Notes: a model not told the origin generated them from the sequence alone. 64,000 nucleotides of DNA from an uncultured Alphaproteobacteria bacterium (GCA_964369315.1 CAYJEJ010000001.1:4091-68090), one strand, 5' to 3'. Positions 27,885-38,552 are shown, numbered from the stretch's first letter. Made by a program: numbers and translations.

Positions 27885-30557
27885 TTATTTTTTAATAGAG
27901 AAATCGCTTGCACTAATCACCTCAAGCATTTTATTGAATGCTTTTTGAATTTGAGTTGGGGCGGTGCCTCCCCCTTGAGCGAAGGTTGGCTTGCCTCCAC
28001 CACCTGTGCCGCCAATTATACTAATCACATCTTGTAATAAATTATCAGCACGAATAGTGTTGGATATGTTCTCGCTCACGCCGATTAATAACGACACTTT
28101 ACCTTCTTCAGATGTGTTGGCTATTGCAAATACGCTATTTTGTGGGTTTTTGAGCTTGAGATAGTCCATCAGTGGGCGTAGGTCATTTTTATTAATTTGA
28201 TTGACTGATTTGGCAATAAAATGCACACCATTTTCTAGTGTTAAGTTTGTGTCATTATTAGAAGCAACAAATAATAACTTTTGCTGAAGGTGACTGATTT
28301 TTTCTTCAAGCGATTTGTTAAGTTCGATCAAGCTAGAGCACTTATTAACAAGTTCATGTGGAGAGCACTTAATCACCGCACAGACGTCCCTGACCTTATG
28401 TTCAAAATCGGCAAAATAATTAAAGACTTCTATCCCAGAGATTGCTTCTATCCTGCGGGTATTCGAGCCAATCCCACTTTGCTCAACTATTTTAAATACA
28501 CCGATAGCTTTTGAATCCTCGACATGCAAGCCCCCACAGAGCTCGCATGATATTGTATCGCCAGATATTTTATCCTTCATCGTGATTATGCGAACCTTGT
28601 CGCCATACTTATCGCCAAATAATGCCATGGCACCAGAGCTTATGGCGTCATCTTTATCAGTGATTTTTGTTGTGACTTGCAACGAACTTTGTATCCAGCA
28701 ATTTACAATCTGCTCAACTTGTTGGATTTGTTCTGTGCTGAGTGCTTTTGCAAAACTAAAATCAAAACGGATTCTCTCTTGGGTGACTTGAGAGCCCTTT
28801 TGGAGCACTGAGCTGCCCAAGACCTTGCGTAATGCCGCGTGTAATAAGTGGGTCGCACTGTGATTAGCACGTAATTTTGTGCGTATGATAAGGTTTGGCT
28901 TCATGAAGACGTCGTCTTGTTCTTTTAAGGTGCCGGTGAGCATCTTGCCATAGTGCAGGATGAGACCTCCAACTTTTTTTGTATCCTCTACAGAAAAGAC
29001 AAAATCTCCTTTCGAAATCAGCCCTTGGTCACCGGCCTGTCCACCTGATTCAGCATAAAAACAGGTTTCATAAGTGACGAGAGCTCCCTGCTGCCCTTCA
29101 GATATTCTTTCAGACACTTGGTTTTCAGTGATAATGGAGGCCACAATCGAGCAATTGTCAGATTTCTCATACACAGAGGATATTGTATCTTTCCCAATCA
29201 TCTTTTGCTTCAGCTCCAAAAGTGACTGGTTCAAAGCATTATCGCCCGACCCACTCCAATTTTTTTTCGAATTTTCTTTTTGCTCAGTTAAACAAGCATT
29301 AAAACAATCAATGTCGACTGACATCCCCTTTTCTTTCAAAATATCTTGCGTTAAATCGAGGGGGAAACCAAATGTGTCATAAAGCTTAAAGGCAACTTCA
29401 CCAGACATTAATTTAGCACCTGTCAACTTTGCTGTTTCAAAGTTTAAGAGCTCAAGCCCTTTATCCAGCACTTGTTGAAATCGTTCTTCTTCTTGCAATA
29501 TTGCGGTCTTAATAGTGCTATTAAAAATTTCCAGTTCTTGATAGTGCCCAGCCATCCGAGGGATGAATCTTTCAGCAACCTTGGGTAGGAATGCTTTTTT
29601 TGATGAAACTCCCAACCGATGAGCATGGCGTATTGCACGGCGAATAATCCTTCTTAAAACGTATCCTCGTCCCTCGTTACTGGGTAAGACTCCGTCTGCA
29701 ATCAAAAAGCAAATAGTTCTGATATGGTCGGCAATCACTTTATGCGATACGCCCATATCACTAATAGGATTACCAATGATTTCGTTGATATCGGATATAG
29801 ACGATTTTAAAATATCAGTTTCATAATTATTCTCCACGCCCTGTAGGGTTGCGGCGAGACGCTCTAGCCCAATTCCAGTATCTATCGATGGTTTTGGTAA
29901 CATGATTTGGCGACCGTCTTGTAAGCGTTCAAATTGCATGAATACCAAATTCCAGATTTCAACAAATCTGTCGCCATCTTGCTCTGCTGAACCAGGTATT
30001 CCACCCCATATATGCTCCCCATGGTCGTAAAATATTTCAGAGCACGGTCCACAAGGACCCGTCTCGCCCATAGACCAAAAGTTATCATTTGTCGAAATGC
30101 GTATTATCTTTGAATCATCAAAGCCAGTTAACTTTTTCCAAATGCTAGCTGCCTCTTCATCAGTGTGATAGACGGTGACCAACAGTTTATTAGGGTTTAA
30201 TCCAACGGTTTTTGTTAAAAATTCCCACGCAAAAACAATCGCTTCTTCTTTAAAATAATCTCCAAATGAAAAATTGCCCAACATCTCGAAAAATGTGTGA
30301 TGCCGTGCAGTATGACCGACCTGTTCAAGGTCATTATGCTTCCCGCCGGCACGAACACACTTTTGAGTAGTGGTCGCTCTTGAGATGTTACTTTTTATTG
30401 CACCAGTGAAAATGTCCTTAAATTGCACCATACCGGCGTTGACAAAAAGTAAGCTCGGGTCATTACTAGGGATTAGTGAGCTCGACGGAAGAATTTCATG
30501 GTCTTTGCTAGAGAAAAAGCTCAAAAATTCATTACGTAAATCACTTGATGATGTCAT
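27885..30557 (-). CDS. alaS: alanine--tRNA ligase
   Basis: 890 aa. Class II motifs ...HHTFFEMLGNFSFGDYFK... and editing-domain HSATHLLH. C-terminal DHHA1-like GGGGKPTFAQGGG. Confidence 0.95.
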   Translation of the reverse strand: MTSSSDLRNEFLSFFSSKDHEILPSSSLIPSNDPSLLFVNAGMVQFKDIFTGAIKSNISRATTTQKCVRAGGKHNDLEQVGHTARHHTFFEMLGNFSFGDYFKEEAIVFAWEFLTKTVGLNPNKLLVTVYHTDEEAASIWKKLTGFDDSKIIRISTNDNFWSMGETGPCGPCSEIFYDHGEHIWGGIPGSAEQDGDRFVEIWNLVFMQFERLQDGRQIMLPKPSIDTGIGLERLAATLQGVENNYETDILKSSISDINEIIGNPISDMGVSHKVIADHIRTICFLIADGVLPSNEGRGYVLRRIIRRAIRHAHRLGVSSKKAFLPKVAERFIPRMAGHYQELEIFNSTIKTAILQEEERFQQVLDKGLELLNFETAKLTGAKLMSGEVAFKLYDTFGFPLDLTQDILKEKGMSVDIDCFNACLTEQKENSKKNWSGSGDNALNQSLLELKQKMIGKDTISSVYEKSDNCSIVASIITENQVSERISEGQQGALVTYETCFYAESGGQAGDQGLISKGDFVFSVEDTKKVGGLILHYGKMLTGTLKEQDDVFMKPNLIIRTKLRANHSATHLLHAALRKVLGSSVLQKGSQVTQERIRFDFSFAKALSTEQIQQVEQIVNCWIQSSLQVTTKITDKDDAISSGAMALFGDKYGDKVRIITMKDKISGDTISCELCGGLHVEDSKAIGVFKIVEQSGIGSNTRRIEAISGIEVFNYFADFEHKVRDVCAVIKCSPHELVNKCSSLIELNKSLEEKISHLQQKLLFVASNNDTNLTLENGVHFIAKSVNQINKNDLRPLMDYLKLKNPQNSVFAIANTSEEGKVSLLIGVSENISNTIRADNLLQDVISIIGGTGGGGKPTFAQGGGTAPTQIQKAFNKMLEVISASDFSIKK

Positions 30558-31574
30558 TTATTCAGCCTGTTCTTTTAGCGGTTTTTGAGGTTTTAGACCT
30601 GCTTTTTCCCTAATAAACCCTTCAATTTCGTCGGATATGAGGGGATTATCTCTTAAATACTGCTTGGACGCCTCACGACCTTGTCCCAATTTTTGGTCTT
30701 TGTAAGAATACCAAGAGCCAGATTTTTCGACAATTTCGGCATTGACCCCTAGGTCAAGAATCTCGCCTGCTTTTGACACACCCTCACCATACATAATATC
30801 AAAGCTTGCGACCTTAAACGGAGGTGCCATTTTGTTTTTCACAACCTTAACAGAGGTTTGGTTACCAACGATTTCATCTTTGTCTTTTATGCTTCCGGTA
30901 CGGCGAATATCCAACCTTACAGAGGCATAAAACTTGAGTGCATTCCCGCCAGTTGTTGTTTCGGGGCTGCCAAACATTACGCCAATTTTCATACGTATTT
31001 GATTGATAAAGATTAATATGCAACGAGAACGTGCAATGGTTGATGTCAGCTTTCTTAACGCTTGGCTCATCAATCTTGCTTGCAATCCAACGTGTGTGTC
31101 GCCCATTTCACCCTCAAGTTCCGCCCGAGGAACCAGTGCTGCGACGCTGTCGATGACCAACACGTCCATCGCCCCAGAACGCACTAAGGTGTCGGCGATT
31201 TCAAGTGCTTGTTCACCTGCGTCAGGCTGAGAGATTAAAAGGTCATCAAGGTTGACCCCCAGCTTTTTTGCATAAACTGGGTCGAGGGCATGTTCAGCGT
31301 CAATGAAACCGCATGTCCCCCCTCTTTTCTGAGCTTGCGAGATAACTTGCAGTGCCAAGGTTGTCTTACCAGAGCTTTCAGGACCAAATATTTCAACGAT
31401 TCTACCAAACGGCAACCCCCCTATTCCAAGGGCGATGTCAAGACCCAAAGAGCCAGTTGAAACAGCATCAGTATCGACTGCAATTTCATGTTGACCAAGT
31501 TTCATAATCGAGCCTTTGCCGAAGGCTCTTTCAATTTGTGATAGTGCAGATTCTAATGCTTTTTGTTTATCCAT
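30558..31574 (-). CDS. recA: recombinase RecA
   Basis: 338 aa. [22 protein letters not shown] and Walker [13 protein letters not shown]. Confidence 0.96.
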   Translation of the reverse strand: MDKQKALESALSQIERAFGKGSIMKLGQHEIAVDTDAVSTGSLGLDIALGIGGLPFGRIVEIFGPESSGKTTLALQVISQAQKRGGTCGFIDAEHALDPVYAKKLGVNLDDLLISQPDAGEQALEIADTLVRSGAMDVLVIDSVAALVPRAELEGEMGDTHVGLQARLMSQALRKLTSTIARSRCILIFINQIRMKIGVMFGSPETTTGGNALKFYASVRLDIRRTGSIKDKDEIVGNQTSVKVVKNKMAPPFKVASFDIMYGEGVSKAGEILDLGVNAEIVEKSGSWYSYKDQKLGQGREASKQYLRDNPLISDEIEGFIREKAGLKPQKPLKEQAE

Positions 31575-31604
31575 AAAATATCCTTTTTAGACAGATTATT
31601 ATTT

Positions 31605-32129
31605 TTAACTTATATTTAACGAAAAGTCATAAAAAACTTGTTTATAAACTTCCTTTTTTATCTCAGCGATTAGGTCAATCACCTCGGTAGAGAGTGCCCA
31701 CCTCCACTGTCTGAATTCAGGGTGGTTTTGGTGCAAGTTAATGGAACTGTCGTGCCCGAGAAACTTGAATAAGAACCAGACCTGTGCTTGCCCAACATAA
31801 CGGTTAGAAAACTTAGATTTGGCGATGTTGTCTGTAAAATCATATGAATAAACATCACTGCTCTGCTGAAGATAGACCAATGATTTTTTGCATATGCCAG
31901 TTTCTTCAAAAAGCTCTCTATACGCAGCCTCTAAAGGCGTTTCATTCTCGTCAATCCCCCCTTGTGGCAGTTGCCAAGCGTTTTGAATATCTTGGCGTTC
32001 AGCAATAAAAATCTTGCCTTGATTATTCGTCACAACCATTCCAACCCCTGCCCTATAGCCCAGTGCTTCATAGTGTTTTAAACGGCTTATAATAAAACTC
32101 ATGGTTGATGATTGCGAAACGGTGTTCAT
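31605..32129 (-). CDS. rppH: RNA pyrophosphohydrolase RppH (Nudix; IalA/InvA-like)
   Basis: Nudix box GGIDENETPLEAAYRELFEETGI and YRAGVGMVV N-terminal strand. The true start may be an internal Met. Confidence 0.85.
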   Translation of the reverse strand: MNTVSQSSTMSFIISRLKHYEALGYRAGVGMVVTNNQGKIFIAERQDIQNAWQLPQGGIDENETPLEAAYRELFEETGICKKSLVYLQQSSDVYSYDFTDNIAKSKFSNRYVGQAQVWFLFKFLGHDSSINLHQNHPEFRQWRWALSTEVIDLIAEIKKEVYKQVFYDFSLNIS

Positions 32130-33637
32130 AGGGTGTTTTTATTTGTCCTAATCCTATAAGACAGTGCCTCTGACACATGAGAAGGAGCGATTGCTTGACT
32201 ATTTTCTAAATCTGCAATGGTGCGAGAAACACGAATAACCCTGTGATAGCCTCTGGCGGATAAGCCAAATTTTTCAGCTGCGTTCAATAAGATGGTTTTT
32301 GCCTCAGTGCAAAGGTTCCCTTTTTCTTCTAAGATTGCGTTTGGAACATTAGCGTTTGTGAAAAATTCCCCATACCTTGATGATTGAATGACCCGTGCCT
32401 TGGAGACTCTTTCTAAGATTGTTTTACTGGTTTCGGTTTCAGATTTTGGTTTTTCGAGTTCATTAATTGCCACTGCAGGGACATCTAGCTGGATATCTAT
32501 CCTATCGAGCAGGGGACCAGATATTTTCATCGTGTATTCTTGACCACAAGTGTTTGCACGGGCACATTGTTTGTTTTTATCGCCGAGGTGTCCGCACTTA
32601 CAAGGGTTCATCGCGGCGATTAACTGAAACTTTGCAGGATATGTGACGTGACCATTTGCACGTGATACGGTAACTTTGCCTGTCTCCAGTGGCTGACGCA
32701 AAGCCTCAAGACAGCTCCGTGAGAATTCTGGAAGTTCGTCGAGAAATAATACGCCATTATGTGCGAGCGAGATTTCCCCTGGTTTTGCCTTCAATCCCCC
32801 ACCGACTATTGCTGGTAGTGAGGATGAGTGGTGAGGTTCGCGAAAGGGTCTTGATGTGACTAATCCCCCATCCCCCAGCATACCCGCGACACTATAAATC
32901 ATAGAAATTTCCAACGCTTCCTTTGGCGTCAAACTAGGCAATATTCCAGAAAGCCTTGAAGACAACATCGACTTGCCAGCACCTGGGGGACCTTTCATAA
33001 GGAGATTATGTCCGCCAGCTGCGGTGATTTCCAGAGCCCTTTTTGCGACCGATTGCCCTCGCACATCGCTGAAGCAAGGTGTTTGTTCATTTTGAAACAT
33101 CAAGTCAGCAGAAGGACGATTAATCAGCTGGGTTCCATTTAAATGATTAATTAAAGCCAGCACGTTATCTGCGGCGACAATTGGCAGGTCGCCCGCCCAC
33201 GTTGCTTCAGAACCGCAGTTTTTTGGGCATATGATACCCAAGTCCTGAGCATTTGCAAAAATGGCACTGGGTAGGACGCCATTGACCCGATTAATTTTCC
33301 CGTCTAATGACAACTCCCCAAGGATTATATAATCCCCTAAGGCATCTGTGGGCAACACGTTCATCGCTCCAAGCAGCCCCATTATCATAGGCAGGTCGTA
33401 ATGGGTGCCCTCTTTTTGCATGTCGGCAGGGGCAAGATTGATGATTATTCTTTTCGCAGGTATTGCAAGCCCCATGGAATATAGTGCCGAGCGAATCCTC
33501 TCTCTCGCTTCGCCGACAGCCTTGTCTGCCAAACCAACCACATTAAATGACGGCAAGCCACTTTGGAGCTGAACCTGAACCTCGACGCTTTGCACGTCAA
33601 TGCCTTGAAACGAAACGGTCTTTACTCTTACAACCAA
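32126..33637 (-). CDS. comM: YifB/ComM-family Mg-chelatase-like AAA+ ATPase
   Basis: 503 aa. Lon-like N-terminal domain, Walker A GPPGAGKSM and FLDELPEF Walker B. Confidence 0.9.
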   Translation of the reverse strand: MVVRVKTVSFQGIDVQSVEVQVQLQSGLPSFNVVGLADKAVGEARERIRSALYSMGLAIPAKRIIINLAPADMQKEGTHYDLPMIMGLLGAMNVLPTDALGDYIILGELSLDGKINRVNGVLPSAIFANAQDLGIICPKNCGSEATWAGDLPIVAADNVLALINHLNGTQLINRPSADLMFQNEQTPCFSDVRGQSVAKRALEITAAGGHNLLMKGPPGAGKSMLSSRLSGILPSLTPKEALEISMIYSVAGMLGDGGLVTSRPFREPHHSSSLPAIVGGGLKAKPGEISLAHNGVLFLDELPEFSRSCLEALRQPLETGKVTVSRANGHVTYPAKFQLIAAMNPCKCGHLGDKNKQCARANTCGQEYTMKISGPLLDRIDIQLDVPAVAINELEKPKSETETSKTILERVSKARVIQSSRYGEFFTNANVPNAILEEKGNLCTEAKTILLNAAEKFGLSARGYHRVIRVSRTIADLENSQAIAPSHVSEALSYRIRTNKNTL

Positions 33638-33641
33638 GATA

Positions 33642-34112
33642 TTACCTATTTTTATTATAATTAGACATTATTCGTGCCTTATCTCGTTGCCAGTCACGAT
33701 TTTTAATGGTTTCTCGCTTATCGACGTTTGTTTTTCCGCGAGCGAGGGCAATTTCTAGCTTCGCCCAGTTTCTTTCATTAAAATATAATGACAGGGGCAC
33801 CAATGTATACCCACTGCGTTTTATTTTTCCCAAGAGGCGTTTCAGCTCGCGACTTTTTAATAATAGTTTTCTAGGACGTTTGGGCTCATGGTTAAAACGT
33901 GATGCATGCGGATATTCTGGTATGTCAGAATTGATTAAAAAAATCTCGCCGGACTGTTCCTCGCATGCGTAAGATTCTTGAATGCTGGCTCTTCCATTAC
34001 GCAAAGACTTGACCTCTGTGCCAAGAAGCACCAGCCCAGCTTCAAACGTTTCTTCTATGGCATAGTTGAAACGAGCTTTGCGATTTTGAGCAATTATTTT
34101 TCTTGCGGACAT
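33642..34112 (-). CDS. smpB: SsrA-binding protein SmpB
   Basis: 156 aa. [32 protein letters not shown] is the canonical SmpB N-terminus. Confidence 0.94.
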   Translation of the reverse strand: MSARKIIAQNRKARFNYAIEETFEAGLVLLGTEVKSLRNGRASIQESYACEEQSGEIFLINSDIPEYPHASRFNHEPKRPRKLLLKSRELKRLLGKIKRSGYTLVPLSLYFNERNWAKLEIALARGKTNVDKRETIKNRDWQRDKARIMSNYNKNR

Positions 34113-34987
34113 AAAATTCCTGCTTCCGTCAGGGCTAATTTTACAAGTTTTTTAGACTCGTCAGATAGCTGAGTCAAACAAGGTCGCACATCAGGGAGCA
34201 TCTCCCCCATCAGGTGCAGGGCATACTTGACCGGAACGGGATTAGCCTCTATGAACATGGCGTCATGAATCGGTTGTAAGACGTCCCTTATTTTTGCAAA
34301 TTCTTTGTGGTTACCTGCAAAAAATTCTTTATACATATTCACACATTCCATTGGCGTAATATTTGCGGTCACAGACACTGCTCCACAAGCCCCCATTGCA
34401 AAAGCTGCAGGCATTATTTCATCATTTCCGCACAACACCTGAAAACGGTCTGCAGGAAATGATTTTGTCAATTCAGTAATTCTGACTAGGTTATTCGTTG
34501 CTTCTTTTAGCCCGCATACACGCGGTAAGTACTTGACCATGCGTTTCACTGTGTCAGTGGCGATGTCCACCCCCGTTCTTGAAGGTACGTTATATAAGAG
34601 TAAGGGCAATTTAGTTGAATCGTGAATCGCTTTATAGTGCTGAAAGATGCCCTCTTGTGAGGGTTTCACATAATAGGGGCAAGTCACCATTAGGGCGTCA
34701 ACATTTGATTGCTGGGTTGCTTTGACTTGGGCGATACAACTGTTGGTGTCAACGCCGCCTACACCAGCGATGACGCTAATCCTATCATTGGCGATAGAAA
34801 CGGCTGCACTAATCAATTTTTTTCTTTCACTTTCATTGAGCAAAGGGGCTTCACCAGTTGTTCCGCACACTACAATCCCAGAAATGCCATTGACTATTAA
34901 TCTTTCTATGTAGGGTTCAAATGATTCTAAATCAAGTTCGCCATTTCGCCAAGGCGTGACAACCGCTGCAAAGTATCCTCTAAACAT
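34094..34987 (-). CDS. dapA: 4-hydroxy-tetrahydrodipicolinate synthase
   Basis: 297 aa. GTTGE motif ([12 protein letters not shown]), YNVPSRTG, and an active-site Lys region. Confidence 0.92.
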   Translation of the reverse strand: MFRGYFAAVVTPWRNGELDLESFEPYIERLIVNGISGIVVCGTTGEAPLLNESERKKLISAAVSIANDRISVIAGVGGVDTNSCIAQVKATQQSNVDALMVTCPYYVKPSQEGIFQHYKAIHDSTKLPLLLYNVPSRTGVDIATDTVKRMVKYLPRVCGLKEATNNLVRITELTKSFPADRFQVLCGNDEIMPAAFAMGACGAVSVTANITPMECVNMYKEFFAGNHKEFAKIRDVLQPIHDAMFIEANPVPVKYALHLMGEMLPDVRPCLTQLSDESKKLVKLALTEAGILCPQEK

Positions 34988-35098
34988 CTGGTACCCTCAA
35001 AAATGTTTTTTTCCAATTATTTAACGTATAGCATTCTGGACTTTTTAAAACAATAAGGTTATTCCATATAATTAAGTCTAAAATTTTAGAGCAGAATC

Positions 35099-36061
35099 TT
35101 GGCGATTATTGATTATAACGAAAGTGCTATATCAGAAGCTGTTAATGTTTTAAACAGGGGTAATGTCGTCGTCTTTCCGACAGAAACTGTTTATGGATTG
35201 GGAGCTGACGCAACAAATGATGTTGCCGTTGCGAAGATATATGAGGTCAAGAACAGACCGACATTTAATCCATTGATTGCACATTTTTATGATATTAACC
35301 ATGTTTTGCATTATGTCGACTTACCGCAAGCCCTGATTCCGCTTGCATCAAAATTTTGGGCGGGTGCACTGACGCTGATAGGAAGAAGAAAAAATTCTCA
35401 GGGCATCTCGCTTCTCGCATCCGCGGGTCTTGATACAATAGGGGTGAGGGTTCCAAGCCACCCGATAGCACGAGATTTAATAAAAAATTTTGGCAAACCC
35501 ATTGTCGCACCAAGTGCCAACCTTTCTTGTGGCATCAGCCCCACAACCGCACAAGACGCGTTATTAGCCCTTGAACGTCAAGATATCTTAACAATTGATG
35601 GGGGAAGATGTGATTCTGGCGTTGAGTCAACGATTTTAGAATATATAAATGGTGGTGTGAGAATTTTGAGAGCAGGTCCGATAACAAAAGAAGAAATATC
35701 TCAGATTATGCCCATAAAACACTTTTCTAGCAGTGATTTGACACACATAACTGCATCAGGTCAAATGAATCGGCATTATGCCCCAAACTCGAGGATTAAG
35801 CTGAACGTTACAAGCCTAGAGGAAGGCGAAGTGTTGATAGCATTTGGAAACGATGAACACATTTTAAGTCACGGTCAATGTCGTGCAATATCTTATAATT
35901 TGAGTCCAACAGGCGACCTACGTGAGGCTGCTGGTAACTTGTTTATTATGCTAAGGCAGGTCGACAAACTCAAACCAAGGGCAATTGCTATAATGCCAAT
36001 TCCAGAAGTTGGGGTTGGGGTTGCAATAAACGACAGGTTGAGACGAGCCGCTCACAGATAG
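35099..36061 (+). CDS. tsaC: L-threonylcarbamoyladenylate synthase (Sua5/YwlC type, TsaC + C-terminal domain)
   Basis: 320 aa. VVFPTETVYGLGADA and SANLSG motifs. Confidence 0.88.
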   Translation: MAIIDYNESAISEAVNVLNRGNVVVFPTETVYGLGADATNDVAVAKIYEVKNRPTFNPLIAHFYDINHVLHYVDLPQALIPLASKFWAGALTLIGRRKNSQGISLLASAGLDTIGVRVPSHPIARDLIKNFGKPIVAPSANLSCGISPTTAQDALLALERQDILTIDGGRCDSGVESTILEYINGGVRILRAGPITKEEISQIMPIKHFSSSDLTHITASGQMNRHYAPNSRIKLNVTSLEEGEVLIAFGNDEHILSHGQCRAISYNLSPTGDLREAAGNLFIMLRQVDKLKPRAIAIMPIPEVGVGVAINDRLRRAAHR

Positions 36062-36069
36062 CTTCCCCC

Positions 36070-36831
36070 CTATTCTTGTAAATATATATCAAAATTATTG
36101 CCGAGATAAACCTGTTTGGCGATGTCATTATTAATGATTTCGGAGGCGGTTCCCTCAACGAGGATTTTGCCCTCATACATTATATAAGAGTAGTCAGCAA
36201 TTTTTAATGTGTCTAAAACATTGTGGTCTGTGATTAAAATTCCGATACCAAGGGACTTGAGCTGTTGAATTAATCCCCTCATTTCTTGCACTGCAATTGG
36301 GTCAATGCCAGCTAAGGGTTCATCTAGGAGAATAAAAGTTGGCTTTGCCGCTAGGGCACGTGCAATCTCAAGCCTGCGTCTTTCACCGCCTGAGAGCGTC
36401 ATGGGTGAGTTATATCGAAGGTGGGTGATGGACACGCTTTCAAGGAGTCTATCTAACTCCTGCTCTCGAACGCCTTTATTAGGCTCAATCGTTTCTAAGA
36501 CAGCCATGATATTATTTTCAACGTTCAGCCCTTTGAATATAGACGTCTCTTGCGGAAGATAGCCAATTCCCATCCTCGCTCTTTTATACATCGGATACAT
36601 TGTAATATCCTTTCCGTCCAAGTATATGTTGCCAGATGTTGGTTTGATAAGTCCAGAAATAGCAGAAAAACAGGTGGTCTTACCCGCACCATTTGGTCCA
36701 AGGAGGGCGACTATTTGACCACGCTCAACCTGTAAGCTTGCTTCACGTATAATGACTTTTTTCCGTCGTCCAAGCCCGATTGTTTTTGAAATTTTATTAA
36801 CGAACAGACCGTGTTTATACTTATCTTCCAT
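36070..36831 (-). CDS. lptB: LPS export ABC transporter ATP-binding protein LptB
   Basis: 253 aa. Walker A GPNGAGKTT, signature LSGGERRRLEIAR, Walker B ILLDEP. Downstream of kdsD-lptA. Confidence 0.92.
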   Translation of the reverse strand: MEDKYKHGLFVNKISKTIGLGRRKKVIIREASLQVERGQIVALLGPNGAGKTTCFSAISGLIKPTSGNIYLDGKDITMYPMYKRARMGIGYLPQETSIFKGLNVENNIMAVLETIEPNKGVREQELDRLLESVSITHLRYNSPMTLSGGERRRLEIARALAAKPTFILLDEPLAGIDPIAVQEMRGLIQQLKSLGIGILITDHNVLDTLKIADYSYIMYEGKILVEGTASEIINNDIAKQVYLGNNFDIYLQE

Positions 36832-37633
36832 GTGAACTCTGCCTTGAAGATTGAATAACTGCGTTTATGGGCGATTTTTCACCACTAATTTTATAGCTTC
36901 CTGTTGATAAGTTAACCTGTGCAGAATTTGCAAATATCACGTTAGAGCCATTTTTGATTATAACATTATCCGTTAAATATAATATGCCATTTTCGTAATA
37001 ACCCTTGTCTGCATCGATTATATATTTTTCTGAGGAGATGTTCAAACGAGTATTGGCAACGGCTTTTGATAGCAGAGGTTTGTTCGCTGTCTTTTTGAAG
37101 TATGTGGTAATGCTTGCACTCTTGAGTGTGTAAGTTTTATTTTTCACCTCTACTGACCCGTTTGCCTGTGCTGTTAATATAGTATGGTTTTTTACAATCA
37201 CTTCATCAGCTGTTATACTTTCACCCAAAGCAGAGCTGATTTTGACTGGGCTACCTTTACACTTTAAGGTCTTGGTGTCTGCGTAATATACCCCGCTCTC
37301 GGCAGTGATTTCCATACCCGAGATGTTGCCATGGATGTTTTTTTTGAGTGAAATTTTTTCTGGCTTCATATCTTGAGAGAATCGGGCACTGGCTGTTTCT
37401 GCTGTCAACCGACCCTCACCGATTGAGGCGACAACATCACCGCTTAAGCTCATCGTATTGCTGGTTTGATTCAAGCTGACATTCTTGGCGGTTACGTCGA
37501 TATTGTCAGCGATATTTCCAATACAAGGGGCTATAGTGGGCGAGATAAAAAATAAAATCACAAATAAGTGATAAAATTTTTGTTTACTAAACAACGCCTG
37601 CTCCAAGCAATGTGTGGATATGCAACAACCCAA
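36821..37633 (-). CDS. lptA: LptA/OstA-family periplasmic LPS transport protein (N-terminally anchored)
   Basis: OstA-like repetitive beta-jellyroll sequence between kdsD and lptB. A likely TTG start near 37594 gives LFSKQKFYHLFVILFFISPT... The hydrophobic N-terminus could be a signal peptide or an anchor. Confidence 0.7.
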   Translation of the reverse strand: MGCCISTHCLEQALFSKQKFYHLFVILFFISPTIAPCIGNIADNIDVTAKNVSLNQTSNTMSLSGDVVASIGEGRLTAETASARFSQDMKPEKISLKKNIHGNISGMEITAESGVYYADTKTLKCKGSPVKISSALGESITADEVIVKNHTILTAQANGSVEVKNKTYTLKSASITTYFKKTANKPLLSKAVANTRLNISSEKYIIDADKGYYENGILYLTDNVIIKNGSNVIFANSAQVNLSTGSYKISGEKSPINAVIQSSRQSSHGR

Positions 37634-38552
37634 CAGGTTGGTTTGCTTGGTCTGTTACGAATAGAGAGGTGATTTTTTTGCTGTTCATGATGCCGACAGC
37701 CTCAATCACCAAGGTGCTGGGTGAAATTGTAATAGGGTTTTTTGTCATGACATTGTCAACGCAATAGTTAACAATATTATCCGACATATGCCTCCTGAGG
37801 TCGCCGTCGGTAATAATCCCTAATAATTTGTTCTGCTCATCTATTACCCCTAGGCATCCGAAGGATTTTTGAGACATTTTAATGAGTGCATCGCTCATTA
37901 ATACTCCAGTTTTTACCAAGGGCATCATCTCGCCCTTTGCCATTAAATCTGATGTCGTCAATAATTTTTTCCCCAACGCACCACTAGGATGAAACACTTT
38001 AAAGTCTTCTTTTCCAAACTCAATGTGTTTGATTAAAGAGACCGCCAACGCGTCGCCAATTGCGAGCATTATGGTTGTTGATGTGGTTGGTGCGAGCCCA
38101 TTTGGACAGGCTTCGGGTAATTTTGGGATTAAGATTACTGCGTCAGATGATTTGGCTAAAGTGCTATTTTGATTTGCTGTGACGCTGACTAATTTTATAC
38201 CAAAGCGTCTTGTAAAACTTATCATATTAATTAATTCAGCCGTTTCCCCAGACAGTGAAAACATTATTACGCAGTCTTCCTTACAAAGCATGCCTAAATC
38301 CCCGTGGCTTGCTTCAGCGGGGTGCACAAAGATGGCTGGTGTGCCAGTTGAGGACATTGTGGCGGCAATCTTGTTGGCGATGTGCCCTGGTTTACCCATC
38401 CCTGTCAGTATCACTTTGCCGCTGGTCTCACCGATTATTTTGACAGACCTATTAAAGCTCTCATCCAAAAATTTAGCAGCTGCTAAAATTCCGTTGGACT
38501 CTTGCTCTAAGACTTCTTTGGCTATTGCAACAAAATCAACGACACTACTCAT
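37587..38552 (-). CDS. kdsD: arabinose-5-phosphate isomerase (KpsF/GutQ/KdsD; SIS + tandem CBS)
   Basis: 321 aa. SIS motif ILTGMGKPGHIANKIAATMSSTGTP and C-terminal CBS pair. Confidence 0.9.
   Translation of the reverse strand: MSSVVDFVAIAKEVLEQESNGILAAAKFLDESFNRSVKIIGETSGKVILTGMGKPGHIANKIAATMSSTGTPAIFVHPAEASHGDLGMLCKEDCVIMFSLSGETAELINMISFTRRFGIKLVSVTANQNSTLAKSSDAVILIPKLPEACPNGLAPTTSTTIMLAIGDALAVSLIKHIEFGKEDFKVFHPSGALGKKLLTTSDLMAKGEMMPLVKTGVLMSDALIKMSQKSFGCLGVIDEQNKLLGIITDGDLRRHMSDNIVNYCVDNVMTKNPITISPSTLVIEAVGIMNSKKITSLFVTDQANQPVGLLHIHTLLGAGVV

Larger units (their letters stand above)
24463..27965. repeat. tandem direct repeat, period 1,741 bp (about 2 copies) with mosaic identity
   Basis: ttgaatttgagttggggcgg recurs at 24463, 26204 and 27945. 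Blocks of perfect identity flank a ~690-bp diverged core. Confidence 0.9.
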
